A stretch of 64,000 nt of DNA from Psammoneis japonica (taxonomy: Eukaryota). This document shows positions 62,048 to 64,000 of the stretch, piece after piece. The notes below the pieces were generated by a model. That model saw only the letters and a program-made list of their open reading frames with translations. It searched no databases and had not been told where the DNA came from. The position numbers and the translations under genes are program-made. The stretch spans positions 62,001 to 126,000 of the forward strand of contig QPGO01000091.1 in NCBI GenBank assembly GCA_008632985.1, in the 5' to 3' direction. Positions within the stretch are counted from its first letter, which is position 1; each line of letters opens with the position of its first letter.

Positions 62048-63300
62048 CTACACGATGGCGAGAGTTTGTCGTTCTGTACGGCGTCGCAGTCCAATTTCTT
62101 TACGTCTGTAGCTTTCGGATTCATCCAGACCGTTAAAATCGGCACTGCCCGTAACATTGTCAACATAACCATGACTAGTGGGAGTGCAGCCGCACTGAGC
62201 ATTTTGCGATCCACACCCAAAGCAAAACTGGCCTTCGCAGCGACACTTCAGTTTGAGGCCAACGGACCAAAGTTGCACTCCGTTTCTGCATCTTCGACAT
62301 TGTTTTATGTTGAGCTGAGCCAATGACTCCTCATCTCTGCAGTTTTGAACTGGAAGGAGGATGTTTCTCCCTCCCAGCTTTTCTGCTCCCTCTGCTAGAT
62401 TGAACCAAACCTTGCCCTTTGCTGGCCTTGTTGTGCATGCTTGTCAATCCTCACACATTCTGTTCTCATGGTGTGGGCTGCAGCCACATTTGAGACATGC
62501 AACTCATTGATGCTGCTTGAAGCAATCCAATGTTGGGGGTCCATTGTTCCAAAATGTGATGTTGTTGTAATCTGGAGTGGGGCAGTGATGACAATCAGGA
62601 TGTTGCATTGCAAACAACAACTGGGAGCCCTTTTTTACCTTGACATGATCAGCTTTTTCAAGTGGTCTGCCTCACTTGTGATGATCTGCACATGACAAGT
62701 GGTCAACAGGCAGCAAATCAAGTCAGCCTTGTCACTTGCCTTCACCAATTTCATGCTTGAATGCAGCATTGGAAGCATGCAATGCTGAACAAATGCTGAT
62801 GTGCTGTCCCAAAAATGGGCAGTTGTGTGTTCATCATTGGCAAATTGCCCACTGTCACCAAGTCAGTGAACTCAGCAGTGCAACTCTCACAATTCTGGAA
62901 CCTGTTGATGCCACTCAACACTCTGTCTTGTCTGTGCACCAATTCTTGGCTGTCATGGCAGCATCCACTCACACTTTGTCAGAGCCAAGAATGCACTGTA
63001 ATGTTCACACACCTGGAGTGGGCATTGCAAACAGTGCTGCAGCATTGTCTCAATCAATCAACTTCTTTTCAGCAAGTGCCATGTTGGTCCCATGGTTGCT
63101 TGCACAATCGCTGTGTCCTTTGTGCACATTTTCACATTCATGGACATGAACAAATGCTCTGGGAGGAGAGAGCTGTGTGATCCATTGCACGTGCCGTTGG
63201 AAAATGAAATGTTTGATCATGTGAATGGAACATGCAGGCTAACACATGTGAACATTTGTAAAAACTTTACATTTCATTGGCATCTGCTAGAGAGCTCCTT
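62048..63300 (-). pseudogene. RBR (RING-IBR-RING) E3 ligase: intact 3' RING2, degraded 5' part
   Basis: IKQCRRCRNGV...LKCRCEGQFCFGCG (RING2) at 62048-62323. Upstream minus-strand fragments such as HCPTPDYNNITFW (IBR-like) contain stops and frameshifts. The 5' limit is approximate. Confidence 0.65.
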
Positions 63301-64000
63301 TGCACTTGTGTTTTGCCCACCTCTTTTTTCGTCATCTGGCTTTTGAAGATGCGCGCGGGTCTGATTCTTGAGCCCTGATTTTATTTTCTGTCTGTGATTC
63401 TTGGTTTCCAGTTTGGTCATGACAGATTGTCAAACAGCCAGAGCTGCTTTGTGCAGTCTTTGTGCAGCCACATTGTGCATGGGTCGCTGTTGAACACCCG
63501 GCTCATGCAGCCCAGCAGATCTTTCTGAGACTTGCTTCTCTCCGCTCTTTCTTGCTGGCTTGCATGCACATCATTGCTCTGTCACCAGTTTGCAAGAACT
63601 GGGTCCTTTGTGCTTGTCAATGCTGCTGTTGTTGCTGCAGCATGCTCATGACTGCAAGCAGCTCTTGTGTGCCTCATTGTCAAAGTGCTTTTTTAGCTGG
63701 AGCAGAGTGGAATTTTTTTCAGCCTCTTTCCTCTGGGCAGCCAAAACACTTCCAAGCACCCAATCCCAGTGCAGGGGAATTGAATTGCCATTGTTCAGCA
63801 CAAAAGAACCGGCAAGGACAATCATGAGAACATCCAAAGCGAATGTCTCAGTCACAAATTGTTGATGTCTGCGTTCATCGTGTCCTTCGGTTTGCCCTTC
63901 TGAACGGACGTGCGCGCAAAATTTCAAAATTTCGAATTGAATTAGCAATATTGTGTACGTATATATAATATTCAATCGTGCGATGTCGCAAAAATGTGAC

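Noticed and set aside
1..63850. Classical RIP or plain CpG deamination as the sole explanation
   Set aside because: RIP creates TpA, and CpG decay cannot remove it. Several domains lack TA while retaining CG.

Overview
Eukaryotic nuclear DNA, most likely from a pennate diatom (inference: compact genes with short GT-AG introns, bipartite plastid-targeting peptides with F at +1, an SLC4 transporter, a PAP/fibrillin and an RXL/KxxK Pro-rich secreted protein). Ordinary gene blocks (about 11.6-28.3, 37-52.3 and 58-62.3 kb) alternate with sharply bounded domains (about 1-3.3, 5.2-11.6, 28.3-36.9, 52.5-57.9 and 62.3-63.85 kb) in which TpA is nearly absent and TpG/CpA are greatly over-represented. 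Some of these domains have also lost CpG. Paired copies inside the window show the changes directly: TA->TG or TA->CA, plus CG->TG/CA. This looks like a targeted TpA hypermutation system, the reverse of fungal RIP, acting on transposon relics and spreading into neighbouring host sequence. Affected sequences include an ISL2EU-type DDE transposase, XPG/FEN1-like nuclease relics, a dynamin-like gene, a P-loop ATPase, an ankyrin gene and half of an RBR E3 ligase gene. Many normal genes carry single-base frameshifts that may be assembly errors, so all substitution claims need read-level confirmation. Dinucleotide statements come from reading by eye, not from computation.
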